A DNA stretch of 60,664 nt, filler included. It is 6 parts of 6 records of this genome, joined end to end, with 100 filler letters (N's around TTAATTAATTAA, not from the genome) between each part and the next. Parts side by side here need not be neighbours in the genome. Positions count along the whole stretch, not along the records: positions 9,521 to 26,021 come from SRR31156797_13727; positions 26,122 to 37,990 come from SRR31156797_13728; 4 more parts are not named here. One strand, given 5' to 3'. Position numbers and translations under genes: made by a program. This document shows, piece by piece, positions 22,262 through 31,150 of this stretch. How positions within the stretch are numbered: position 1 is the first letter of the stretch; each line of letters starts with the position of its first letter. Under the pieces are notes generated by a model. That model was not told the DNA's origin and ran no database searches. It saw nothing but the letters and a program-made list of their open reading frames with translations.

Positions 22262-22380
22262 TTCTACTGTCCCTATAGAGCAAAAAATAAAGGGATGCTT
22301 CAGCATCCCTTTGAATATATACCATTATTTACAAACTCTACAGTTTCAAACTGATAATCCGTTAGCTATTCGGCCAAAAT

Positions 22381-23511
22381 TTACCCGACCAAAGCCAACA
22401 ATATACCCGCCGCAACTGCTGAACCTAATACGCCAGCAACGTTTGGTCCCATCGCATGCATTAATAGGAAGTTCTGTGGGTTAGCTTGCAAGCCAACTTT
22501 ATTAACCACACGAGCTGCCATTGGTACCGCAGAGACACCCGCCGCACCAATCAGTGGGTTAATGTCTTCTTTAGAGAACTTATTCAAGATCTTAGCCATG
22601 ATAACGCCCCCCGCAGTACCCACACTGAACGCGACAGCTCCCAAAGCCAAAATACCTAAAGTCTCTAGGTTTAAGAACTTATCTGACTGCAGTTTAGAAC
22701 CAACACCAAGGCCCAAGAAGATAGTCACGATGTTGATCAATTCATTCTGTGCTGTCTTAGACAAACGCTCTACTACACCAGCTTCACGCATTAAGTTACC
22801 TAAACAGAACATACCTACTAGCGGCGTTGCTGCTGGTAGGAACAGAATGGTCATCAATAGAACGATAAGTGGGAAAATGATTTTTTCAGCTTTCCCAACG
22901 TGACGTAATTGAGCCATTTTGATAGTGCGTTCTTCAGGTGTTGTTAGTGCTTTCATGATTGGCGGTTGAATAATCGGCACCAAAGCCATGTAGCTGTACG
23001 CTGCTACCGCGATAGCTCCTAACAGATCAGGAGATAACTGGCTCGCTAGGAAGATAGCGGTTGGGCCATCTGCACCACCGATAATGGCAATAGATGAAGC
23101 GTCTGCCATGGTAAATTCCATTCCCGGAACATAGTTAAGCATAATCGCACCAAACAGGGTGGTGAAAATACCTAACTGAGCAGCAGCACCTAACCACAGC
23201 GTCTTAGGGTTAGCGATCAAAGCACCGAAATCTGTCATTGCCCCAACGCCCATAAAGATCAGCAGTGGGAACACACCAGACTCAATACCAACATGGTAGA
23301 CGTAGTACAACAAACCACCAGGCTCTGTAAAACCAGCATTAGGGATGTTGGCTAAAATCGCACCAAAACCAATCGGCAATAATAGTAGCGGTTCAAAACC
23401 TTTACGAATAGCAAGAAACAGAAGCAAACAGCCAACCAAGATCATTACGATCTGGCCAAGCTCAAAATTGGCTATGCCCGTCTCTCGCCATAAGGTCAAT
23501 AATCCGTCCAT
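22381..23511 (-). CDS. oadB: Oxaloacetate decarboxylase beta subunit
   Basis: [34 protein letters not shown]. Confidence 0.96.
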   Translation of the reverse strand: MDGLLTLWRETGIANFELGQIVMILVGCLLLFLAIRKGFEPLLLLPIGFGAILANIPNAGFTEPGGLLYYVYHVGIESGVFPLLIFMGVGAMTDFGALIANPKTLWLGAAAQLGIFTTLFGAIMLNYVPGMEFTMADASSIAIIGGADGPTAIFLASQLSPDLLGAIAVAAYSYMALVPIIQPPIMKALTTPEERTIKMAQLRHVGKAEKIIFPLIVLLMTILFLPAATPLVGMFCLGNLMREAGVVERLSKTAQNELINIVTIFLGLGVGSKLQSDKFLNLETLGILALGAVAFSVGTAGGVIMAKILNKFSKEDINPLIGAAGVSAVPMAARVVNKVGLQANPQNFLLMHAMGPNVAGVLGSAVAAGILLALVG

Positions 23512-23520
23512 GGTACTCCC

Positions 23521-25311
23521 TTACGCTAAGCTCAATAAAGGTGAACCGACAGAGACAGCATCCCCTTCTTTCACATGAACACTTTGAACTAAACCAGAGC
23601 GAGCCGCTCGAACTTCAGTTTCCATCTTCATCGCTTCAAGAATCAGTAATACATCGCCTTCGGCAACTTCTTCACCACTAGCTACATTCACTTTGAAAAT
23701 GGTTCCAGCCAATGGAGCAGGGACATCTTCTGCGTTACCTGCATCTGCTACGGGTGCCGATGCTACTGGCGCAGAAGCAGTACTCGCTGGTGATACCGAT
23801 GTCAGTTGGCCTTGAGGACCCACTTCAACATCATAAACCTGACCATCAACTTTCACGCTGTAGCTTTCAATACCACCTGTTGCTGGAGCTGCAATTGCAG
23901 GCGCAGGTTGAACCACAGGTTCACTACCAGGAGCTGGCTCAAACGCATCCGGATTATGACGATTTTTCAGGAACTTCAAACCAACTTGTGGGAACAATGC
24001 GTAAGTCAGAACATCATCTACGGTATCTTCCGCTAAGGAAATCCCTTCCGCTTTGGCTTTTTCCAATAGGTCGGTTGTTAAATGATCCATCTCTGCTTCT
24101 AATAAGTCCGCAGGACGACAAGTGATCACTTCTTTTCCTTCAAGCACACGAGCTTGTAGCTCAGCATTGATTTCTGCCGGCGCTGCGCCATATTCACCTT
24201 TCAACAGACCCGCTGTTTCTTTGGTAATACTTTTGTAGCGTTCACCCGTTAATACGTTGATGACCGCTTGAGTTCCGACAATTTGGGAAGTCGGAGTTAC
24301 CAGTGGAATGTAGCCAAGATCTTTACGAACGCGAGGGATCTCTTCAAGTACTTCATCGATACGATCCGCAGCACCTTGCTCTTTTAATTGGCCTTCCATG
24401 TTGGTCAACATACCACCAGGAACCTGAGCAATAAGAATTCGAGAATCAACACCTTTAAGCTGCCCTTCCCATTTCGCGTATTTCTTACGAACTTCGCGGA
24501 AGTAGGCTGCGATTGGTTCAATTTGCTCAAGTTTCAGATTAGTATCACGTTCAGTACCTTGTAGCATAGCTACGACAGTTTCTGTTGGTGTATGACCGTA
24601 AGTTTGGCTCATTGAGGAGATAGCGGTATCAAGAATATCAATACCAGCTTCTACGGCTTTAACCGCGGTTGCTGTTGATAAGCCTGTTGTGGCATGACAG
24701 TGCAGTGCTAAAGGCACATCACACGACTCTTTGATACGAGAGATCAACTCTTCAGCTTCATAAGGTTTCAATAGACCTGACATATCTTTAATACATAAAG
24801 AGTGACAGCCAAGATCTTCAAGACGCTTTGCCAAGTCAACCCAAGTATCGGCATTGTGAACCGGACTCGTAGTGTAAGACAGAGTACCTTGAGCGTGAGC
24901 ACCCACGTCAATCGTTGCTTTTACCGCTTTCTCAAAGTTACGGACGTCATTCATCGCATCAAAGATACGGAAAACATCCATACCATTGCTATGAGCGCGC
25001 TCTACGAACTTTTCCACCACATCATCAGCATAATGACGATAGCCGAGTAAGTTCTGACCACGTAAAAGCATTTGCATTGGTGTATTAGGCATTGCTTTTT
25101 TCAGCTCACGTAAACGCTCCCAAGGGTCTTCTCCTAAGAATCGAATACAAGCATCAAATGTTGCGCCGCCCCATGTTTCTAGCGACCAATAACCGACCTT
25201 ATCCAACTCTGCTGCGATAGGCAGCATATCTTCGATACGCATACGCGTAGCAAATAATGATTGGTGGGCATCACGAAGGACCACATCAGTAATGGCAAGT
25301 GGTTTAGACAT
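23521..25311 (-). CDS. oadA: Oxaloacetate decarboxylase alpha subunit
   Basis: LRDAHQSL carboxyltransferase domain; biotin attachment motif EAMKM. Confidence 0.97.
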   Translation of the reverse strand: MSKPLAITDVVLRDAHQSLFATRMRIEDMLPIAAELDKVGYWSLETWGGATFDACIRFLGEDPWERLRELKKAMPNTPMQMLLRGQNLLGYRHYADDVVEKFVERAHSNGMDVFRIFDAMNDVRNFEKAVKATIDVGAHAQGTLSYTTSPVHNADTWVDLAKRLEDLGCHSLCIKDMSGLLKPYEAEELISRIKESCDVPLALHCHATTGLSTATAVKAVEAGIDILDTAISSMSQTYGHTPTETVVAMLQGTERDTNLKLEQIEPIAAYFREVRKKYAKWEGQLKGVDSRILIAQVPGGMLTNMEGQLKEQGAADRIDEVLEEIPRVRKDLGYIPLVTPTSQIVGTQAVINVLTGERYKSITKETAGLLKGEYGAAPAEINAELQARVLEGKEVITCRPADLLEAEMDHLTTDLLEKAKAEGISLAEDTVDDVLTYALFPQVGLKFLKNRHNPDAFEPAPGSEPVVQPAPAIAAPATGGIESYSVKVDGQVYDVEVGPQGQLTSVSPASTASAPVASAPVADAGNAEDVPAPLAGTIFKVNVASGEEVAEGDVLLILEAMKMETEVRAARSGLVQSVHVKEGDAVSVGSPLLSLA

Positions 25312-25330
25312 GCTTATTAACTCCTTTTAA

Positions 25331-25615
25331 TTATTTACTACTCTTCGCAGCAACTAGATTACGGTGTTGGTGAACCGCAGCAGAAATAGCTGCTACAACC
25401 TGTGGACTAACCATATGTTGGTTAGAAGCCGCAGATTTCACTGGTACTTTTTTATTTTGATTAGGTGTACTGATCGGTTGAGGTACTTCTTCTGGCACCA
25501 ATTTAGACATTAACCGAACAAGATAAACCAGAATGGTTAGGAATAGAAAGACGAAGCCCATCCCAGTAATCATAAGGGTGGCTGCGTCTGCTAGCAGGCT
25601 TCCAATATTTGTCAT
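25331..25615 (-). CDS. oadG: Oxaloacetate decarboxylase gamma subunit
   Basis: Start at MTNIGSLL; one TM (GMGFVFLFL), Pro-rich linker, AAISAAVHQHR. Confidence 0.92.
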   Translation of the reverse strand: MTNIGSLLADAATLMITGMGFVFLFLTILVYLVRLMSKLVPEEVPQPISTPNQNKKVPVKSAASNQHMVSPQVVAAISAAVHQHRNLVAAKSSK

Positions 25616-25962
25616 GTTGCTTCCTTTCTTTGTCATCCTGACAACAATTACCCAAAAATGTGCATAAATTCAGGTAAGTGAACAAGGATTATCTCGACTG
25701 ATTAAAAATTGTCAATTTTGTTTAAGGCAACCTTCAAGAAACAGCACAAAATGCGTGAAAACTTCATGGCACGATCGACAAAATATCCCAAAATTGACAA
25801 TAGGAAACATTACTTACGGGTGTAATTACAGCTAGGTTAATGAATATTCGAAATGAAATTTGAGATCTGAACGATAAACTCAAATCAGTTAGATAGAAAA
25901 CAGTGAGTTGATACTCATAATTTAACAAAATTGTAAGTATTGAAGGATGATCGCTAGATACG

Positions 25963-25990
25963 AAAAAGCCCCGCATATAGCGAGGCTTTT
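25963..25990 (-). terminator. Terminator downstream of tRNA
   Basis: AAAAAGCCCCGC-ATATA-GCGAGGCTTTT hairpin next to the tRNA 3' end. Confidence 0.7.
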
Positions 25991-25996
25991 CAATAG

Positions 25997-26021
25997 TGGC
26001 GCGTCCTGGAGGATTCGAACC
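25997..26021 (-). tRNA. 3' fragment of a tRNA (probably tRNA-Arg of the csrA-linked cluster)
   Basis: Reverse complement GGTTCGAATCCTCCAGGACGCGCCA gives T-loop, acceptor strand and CCA. The anticodon lies outside the contig; identity is inferred from Vibrio synteny. Confidence 0.75.
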
Positions 26022-26121
26022 NNNNNNNNNNNNNNNNNNNNNNNNNNNNNNNNNNNNNNNNNNNNTTAATTAATTAANNNNNNNNNNNNNNNNNNNNNNN
26101 NNNNNNNNNNNNNNNNNNNNN
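26022..26121. other. Artificial contig spacer
   Basis: N-run with TTAATTAATTAA. Confidence 0.98.
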
Positions 26122-26123
26122 GG

Positions 26124-26477
26124 AAATGGGTTTTGATCGGTGTCGGACTTGGAGCAATTCTTCACGGAGTTGTTCCTGAATCCTTTGTTGTTGAAAATCT
26201 AGGCAAAGGTCAGTGGTGGACAGTTCCAGCTGCAGTTTTCATTGGAATTCCACTTTATTCAAACGCTACGGGGATTATTCCAGTTGCTGAAAGCCTGCTT
26301 GCAAAAGGACTTCCTGTGGGAACTACTTTAGCTTTTATGATGAGTACAGTTGCCGCTTCGTTTCCTGAATTTATGCTGTTAAAACAGGTGATGAAAAAGG
26401 AACTCCTTTTTATATTTTTTGGAATGCTTCTGGTTCTTTTCACTTTTACAGGTTTAACACTTAACTATATTTTTTGA
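26124..26477 (+). CDS. ArsP/DUF318-type permease, C-terminal fragment
   Basis: GIPLYSNATGIIP, GTTLAFMMS, SFPE motifs; open to the contig edge; within an ars operon. Confidence 0.82.
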   Translation, partial: KWVLIGVGLGAILHGVVPESFVVENLGKGQWWTVPAAVFIGIPLYSNATGIIPVAESLLAKGLPVGTTLAFMMSTVAASFPEFMLLKQVMKKELLFIFFGMLLVLFTFTGLTLNYIF

Positions 26478-26486
26478 GGTAAAATC

Positions 26487-26726
26487 ATGAAGAAATTACA
26501 GATCTTAGGTGGCGGTTGCGCAAAGTGCGGAAAGCTTGCTGAAATTACAAAACTTGCGGCTACTGAACTTGGAATCGAGTTTGAAATTGAAAAGGTAACA
26601 GACATGGCGCGAATAATTGAGTTTGGAGTTATGACTACTCCTGCCCTAGTTGTTGATGGTGATATAAAGGTCAGCGGAAAAGTTCCGTCTCTTGCAGATA
26701 TTAAGAAACTCATTGGTGGAGGCTGA
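26487..26726 (+). CDS. Small thioredoxin-like redox protein (MTH895/ArsE-like)
   Basis: ILGGGCAKC, GVMTTPALVVDG. Confidence 0.88.
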   Translation: MKKLQILGGGCAKCGKLAEITKLAATELGIEFEIEKVTDMARIIEFGVMTTPALVVDGDIKVSGKVPSLADIKKLIGGG

Positions 26727-26727
26727 A

Positions 26728-27786
26728 ATGAGCAAACAAAAATCTGAAGGGATCAGCTTTTTTGAGAAATACCTTACTCTATGGGTCATTCTGTGTATGG
26801 CAATTGGAGTTTTAATAGGAAAATTTGCTCCCGCCATACCTGAACTTCTCGGACAATTCGAATATGCGCAGGTGTCAATTCCAATCGCTGTACTGATCTG
26901 GCTTATGATCTATCCAATGATGATGAAAGTCGATTTTGCAAGCATAAAAAACGTCGGTAGAAATCCAAAAGGACTTTTTATTACCTGGATAACTAACTGG
27001 CTGATAAAACCTTTCACAATGTATGCGATTGCATGGTTTTTCTTCTTTGTGGTGTTTAAAACATTAATTCCAGCTGATCTTGCAAAAGATTATCTTGCCG
27101 GAGCTATCCTGCTTGGTGCAGCTCCATGTACTGCGATGGTCTTTGTCTGGTCTCACCTCACAAAGGGAAATCCTGCTTACACTGTGGTTCAGGTCGCAAC
27201 CAATGATCTGATAATTCTTGCAGCTTTTACTCCAATAGTCGCTCTCCTTCTTGGAATAAGTGGAATAACCATACCCTGGAACACTCTTTTTCTTTCCGTA
27301 GTTCTCTTTGTCGTCATACCGCTTGCGGGAGGAATTATTACTAGAAAAACTGTAATAAAGAAAAAAGGCATTGAATATTTCAACACTAAATTCATCAGCA
27401 AATTCAACAATATAACTATTGGAGGACTGTTACTGACGCTTGTTATCATCTTTTCATTTCAAGGTCATGTTATCCTTGAAAATCCGCTTCATATCCTGCT
27501 TATTGCTATCCCGCTTACAATTCAGACTTTTTTCATTTTCTTTGTTGCATATTTCAGCTCTAAAAAGCTCAAACTGTGCCACAGCATTGCAGCTCCGGCA
27601 GGAATGATCGGCGCATCAAACTTTTTTGAACTTGCTGTTGCTGTGGCCATTGCTCTTTTCGGAACTACTTCACCCGTTGCACTTGCCACAATAGTTGGAG
27701 TTCTGGTTGAAGTTCCGGTAATGCTGACTCTTGTTAAAATTGCAAATAAAACTAAATACTGGTTTCCGAAGGAGGAAGTCAAATGA
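26728..27786 (+). CDS. acr3: Arsenite efflux transporter Acr3
   Basis: Start at ATG 26728 after [51 protein letters not shown]. Confidence 0.95.
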   Translation: MSKQKSEGISFFEKYLTLWVILCMAIGVLIGKFAPAIPELLGQFEYAQVSIPIAVLIWLMIYPMMMKVDFASIKNVGRNPKGLFITWITNWLIKPFTMYAIAWFFFFVVFKTLIPADLAKDYLAGAILLGAAPCTAMVFVWSHLTKGNPAYTVVQVATNDLIILAAFTPIVALLLGISGITIPWNTLFLSVVLFVVIPLAGGIITRKTVIKKKGIEYFNTKFISKFNNITIGGLLLTLVIIFSFQGHVILENPLHILLIAIPLTIQTFFIFFVAYFSSKKLKLCHSIAAPAGMIGASNFFELAVAVAIALFGTTSPVALATIVGVLVEVPVMLTLVKIANKTKYWFPKEEVK

Positions 27787-28226
27787 AAAAAAATGTAATA
27801 TTTATCTGCATACACAATTCGGCAAGAAGCCAGATGGCTGAAGCATATCTTAAACACTTCGCGTCCGACAAATTTGATGTATGGAGCGCAGGACTTGAAC
27901 CGGGAATACTCAATCCGGTCGTAATTAAGGCAATGGCTCAGGAAGGTATTAATATTTCCGGAAATTCGACAAACTCTGTGGATGAATTCATTGACGGGCA
28001 CATCAAATTTGATCTTGTTATTACAGTTTGTGATGAAACAGCGGCAGAGGCATGTCCAATATTTCCGGGACAGGGGAAAAGACTTCACTGGGGGTTTCAA
28101 GATCCATCAGGACTTAGCGGAACCGATGAGGAAAAGCTTGCTTCAACCGTAAAGATCAGAGATCAGATAAAGGAAAAAGTTCAAACATTTATTGCTAAAA
28201 CTATTAACGGAAAGGAACTAAGATGA
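27783..28226 (+). CDS. arsC: Arsenate reductase, LMW-PTP/thioredoxin-coupled type
   Basis: [13 protein letters not shown]-loop, TVCD...ACP, HWGFQDP. Confidence 0.92.
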   Translation: MKKNVIFICIHNSARSQMAEAYLKHFASDKFDVWSAGLEPGILNPVVIKAMAQEGINISGNSTNSVDEFIDGHIKFDLVITVCDETAAEACPIFPGQGKRLHWGFQDPSGLSGTDEEKLASTVKIRDQIKEKVQTFIAKTINGKELR

Positions 28227-28702
28227 AAAAAACTATTAATATCATTCTTGGACTTTTTGTTGCCGCAAGCATTGTCTATCTTGTAGTAACAGAGCTCAGA
28301 ACTCCTGAAACAAAACAGGAAAAAAAGACAGTTGAAAAGGAAGAAAAAAAACTAGAAGATGATAAACTAAACATCTATTATTTCCATGCTACAGCAAGAT
28401 GTAACAGCTGTATGAAAATTGAGAAGTTCACAAAAACTGCAGTTGAAACAGGATTTGAAAAAGAACTGACAAACAAAAAGATCGTCTTTAAACTTGTCAA
28501 CATCGATAAAGAAGAAAACAAACATTTCATTAACGATTTTCAGCTGTACACAAAATCAGTTATCGTTGAACAGATAAAGAACGGCAAGCAGAAAAAATGG
28601 GTCAATCTTGAAAAGGTCTGGGACCTGCTTGATAATGAAACTCAGTTTTCCCTCTACATTCAGGATGAAGTGAAAAAGAATCTTGATGAGGCAAAATTAT
28701 GA
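28223..28702 (+). CDS. Membrane-anchored thioredoxin-fold protein (ArsF-like)
   Basis: N-terminal TM; YYFHATARCNSC with CxxC; followed by an ArsG-like gene. Confidence 0.72.
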   Translation: MKKTINIILGLFVAASIVYLVVTELRTPETKQEKKTVEKEEKKLEDDKLNIYYFHATARCNSCMKIEKFTKTAVETGFEKELTNKKIVFKLVNIDKEENKHFINDFQLYTKSVIVEQIKNGKQKKWVNLEKVWDLLDNETQFSLYIQDEVKKNLDEAKL

Positions 28703-29373
28703 CCGGTTTCTTTCTTGCAACCTTTTCTGCTTTCTGGCTGGGAATACTGACATCGATCAGCCCCTGCCCGCTTGCTGCAAACATTGCCGCAGTTTCATAT
28801 ATTTCTAAAAAGCTTGAAAAGAAAAGTCTCATCTTAAGCTCACTGCTTTACACTGCCGGAAGAATGACCGCCTACTTTATCATCAGTATGATCATTGTTT
28901 CAGCTCTTGTCTCAATTCCTGCACTTTCTAACTTTCTTCAGTCATTTATGCCAAAGATCATCGGCCCGATCCTTATTGTTACGGGAATGTTTCTGCTTGA
29001 ACTTATCTCAATTGATATTCCCGGATTTAAAGGACTGTCAGAAGAAAAAAAGTTGGGATTTTTCGCGGAGTTTATGCTGGGATTTCTTCTTGCTCTATCT
29101 TTTTGTCCAGTTTCTGCAGCTCTCTTTTTCGGATCTTTGATCCCGCTTGCCGTATCAAATGAATCAAGAGTTATCCTGCCACTTTTTTATGGTATTGGAA
29201 CTGCGCTCCCTGTTGTTGCCTTTGCTATTTTACTTACGATCAGTGCTGAAAAGATGAGTCAGTGGTTTAACAAAGTTACAAGGGTTGAAAAGTGGGTGAG
29301 AAGAGTTTTTGGAGTTGTACTGATCTTAATTGGCTTTTTCTATACTTTGAGATTTGTTTTTAAAATTATTTAG
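28699..29373 (+). CDS. CcdA/DsbD-like membrane protein (ArsG-like)
   Basis: LGILTSISPCPLAANIAA and LSFCPVSAALFFG motifs; about 6 TM. Confidence 0.78.
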   Translation: MTGFFLATFSAFWLGILTSISPCPLAANIAAVSYISKKLEKKSLILSSLLYTAGRMTAYFIISMIIVSALVSIPALSNFLQSFMPKIIGPILIVTGMFLLELISIDIPGFKGLSEEKKLGFFAEFMLGFLLALSFCPVSAALFFGSLIPLAVSNESRVILPLFYGIGTALPVVAFAILLTISAEKMSQWFNKVTRVEKWVRRVFGVVLILIGFFYTLRFVFKII

Positions 29374-29395
29374 ACCCCAATATCCGAAAAACTGC

Positions 29396-29423
29396 TTGAC
29401 TATAGTTTCAACAACACTACAAT
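29396..29423 (+). promoter_or_regulatory. sigma70-type promoter upstream of the leader + metallothionein-like pair
   Basis: TTGACT-16 bp-TACAAT, 27 nt before the ATG at 29451. Confidence 0.6.
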
Positions 29424-29450
29424 TTATATGAGTAATTTACTGGGGATAAA

Positions 29451-29822
29451 ATGAAGCTCGCGATCCTGCTAATCATCTTTTCATTATTCAGCACAATTTT
29501 TGATGGTGGAGAACTTTGCTTTTCACATAATGGAGAGATTCATCTTAACTGTTGTTGCAAAACTGAGATCGCTATAAAAAAACCATGCTGTGGTTCAAAA
29601 TGCGTAGACGTTTCATTTCCATCAGTTGATGTTGCAGCAAGTCAAACAAGAGAAGATGATCAAATTCATTTTGAAATAGATCCGACTGTTCTATCCTATC
29701 ACCAGACAATCTGTGCTCTACCCACATTCTCAAAGAAAAAAGGTTTGGATAATAAGCACCGGTTTTCCGAGGATAGATCTTACCGTTCCCTAGTACTTTC
29801 AAAAACAATTTTTAGATGTTGA
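29451..29822 (+). CDS. Cys/His-cluster exported small protein, possible metal-responsive leader
   Basis: Signal-like N-terminus; LCFSHNGEIH, CCC, PCC..KCVD; hydrophobic C-terminal end SLVLSKTIFRC; GGGGA RBS. Confidence 0.6.
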   Translation: MKLAILLIIFSLFSTIFDGGELCFSHNGEIHLNCCCKTEIAIKKPCCGSKCVDVSFPSVDVAASQTREDDQIHFEIDPTVLSYHQTICALPTFSKKKGLDNKHRFSEDRSYRSLVLSKTIFRC

Positions 29823-29879
29823 GACTCAAGGTGTCAGCTTTATTTTATTTTTTATAAGTTAATTTATTTGGAGATTTTT

Positions 29880-30305
29880 ATGTTAAAAAAGATATTAGGT
29901 TTTTCATTGATGTTTGTGGCAGTTTCACTTCTCACAACAAGTTACGTTTCAGCCGGCGAGAAAAAAGACACAGTAAAAAAAGAGTGTAGTTGCAAATCCT
30001 GTGACTGCGGATGCAAAGAAGGAAAAAAATGCGAGTGCAAGAAAGGAAAAAAGTGTGACTGTAAGTCATGCGATAACTGCAAATGCGGCTGTAAAGATGG
30101 AAAGAAATGTGACTGCAAGTCCTGTGACAACTGCAAGTGCGGCTGTAAAGATGGAAAGAAATATGACTGCAAAAAAATGAAAAGTGGATGTGGATGCAAC
30201 GAAGGAAAGAAAGACTGTAAGTGTGATAAAAAGAAAAGCTGTGGTAAAAAGAAGAAACATTGCGGCGGCAAGAAGAAAAAACACTGTGGCGGACACAAAC
30301 ACTAG
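29880..30305 (+). CDS. Exported Cys/Lys-rich metallothionein-like protein
   Basis: ATG after GGAG; signal peptide ending VSA; 27 Cys mostly in CxC/CxxC; its internal repeat differs only at synonymous sites. Confidence 0.78.
   Translation: MLKKILGFSLMFVAVSLLTTSYVSAGEKKDTVKKECSCKSCDCGCKEGKKCECKKGKKCDCKSCDNCKCGCKDGKKCDCKSCDNCKCGCKDGKKYDCKKMKSGCGCNEGKKDCKCDKKKSCGKKKKHCGGKKKKHCGGHKH
30045..30152 (+). repeat. Two tandem 54-nt units, each encoding GKKCDCKSCDNCKCGCKD
   Basis: 30045-30098 vs 30099-30152: 7 nucleotide differences, all synonymous. Confidence 0.9.
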
Positions 30306-30358
30306 CCATCTCTAACAATTTATTCCAAAATATTTTCAACAACTTACACACTTTCTCC

Positions 30359-30387
30359 CTTGACTATACAAATCTCATGCATATAAA
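30359..30387 (+). promoter_or_regulatory. hsp20 promoter with overlapping HAIR-like operator
   Basis: TTGACT-16-TATAAA; CTTGACT-N7-TCTCATG resembles the HspR HAIR consensus CTTGAGT-N7-ACTCAAG. Confidence 0.45.
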
Positions 30388-30461
30388 AGATAGTGACGGC
30401 CGAAACGAGCATAACAGCTCGATATTATTAGTTATTATTTAGTTTTATACTGGAGGAGACC

Positions 30462-30902
30462 ATGAGATTAGTACGTTATCATGAACCAACAAAAAGTTCA
30501 CCAACACTTTTAAACAACTGGATGGACGATCTTTTCAGCGAATTCTTTGACAACAGCTTCAAAGGAGTTTCAAAACATCCGGGCTATCCACTTGTAGACA
30601 TTGAGGAAAGTGACACCGCTTATCATTTCAGAGTTGAGCTTCCAGGAGTTCCAAAAGAAAATGTCAGCATTGAGATCGAGAACAGACTGCTGACAATTAG
30701 CGGTGAGAAAAATGTAAAAAAAGAAGAAAATGAGAACAACTGCTTTAGAAAAGAAACTTTCAGCGGAACTTTCACTCGTTCGTTCACACTTCCTGACCAC
30801 GTTGAAACAGATCAGGCAAAAGCTAATTACGAAAACGGTGTTCTTGAATTGACAGTTCCCAAAAGCACTGAGAAAGCGAAAAAGAAGATCGAGATCAAGT
30901 AA
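30462..30902 (+). CDS. Small heat shock protein, Hsp20/alpha-crystallin family
   Basis: PLVDIEE, VELPGV, FTRSFTLP, ANYENGVLELTVPK, C-terminal IEI. Confidence 0.95.
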   Translation: MRLVRYHEPTKSSPTLLNNWMDDLFSEFFDNSFKGVSKHPGYPLVDIEESDTAYHFRVELPGVPKENVSIEIENRLLTISGEKNVKKEENENNCFRKETFSGTFTRSFTLPDHVETDQAKANYENGVLELTVPKSTEKAKKKIEIK

Positions 30903-30929
30903 AACCAACTCACTCATCTTTTTCTGATT

Positions 30930-30956
30930 AAGGCTCCCGAAAGGGGGCCTTTTTAT
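30930..30956 (+). terminator. Rho-independent terminator after hsp20
   Basis: AAGGCTCCC-GAAA-GGGGGCCTT followed by a T-run. Confidence 0.8.
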
Positions 30957-31150
30957 TAAAAATCACTTAAGCCACTTTAAAGAAAAGACTACCAAATTAT
31001 TATACATCGCTTTAATGTTAATCAAAGAACTTTGCAATATCTACAGTTAATTAACTAATACCACTTAAGTTTTTGAAAGAAATTGCATTTTATTCATGCT
31101 TCAGATATTATACATTGCGACCGGTAATCAAAACAACTTAGGGAGTAGCT

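Noticed and set aside
9521-26021. Vibrio segment including luxS and oadGAB as a novel cluster
   Set aside because: Matches the conserved Vibrionaceae core gene order; nothing unusual seen.
26715-26747. Thioredoxin-like gene ends GGG-TGA, like the selenoprotein context
   Set aside because: Read-through adds only six more residues, the GGAGG is the acr3 RBS, and no SECIS is evident.
30045-30152. Tandem repeats here and at 41236-41280 as possible CRISPR arrays
   Set aside because: Only two copies, no unique spacers of CRISPR length, no cas genes; no CRISPR array seen in the window.
29932-30351. Repetitive minus-strand ORFs (LQSHFFPS repeats)
   Set aside because: Mirror of the Cys/Lys gene; the synonymous-only pattern, RBS and signal peptide support the plus frame.
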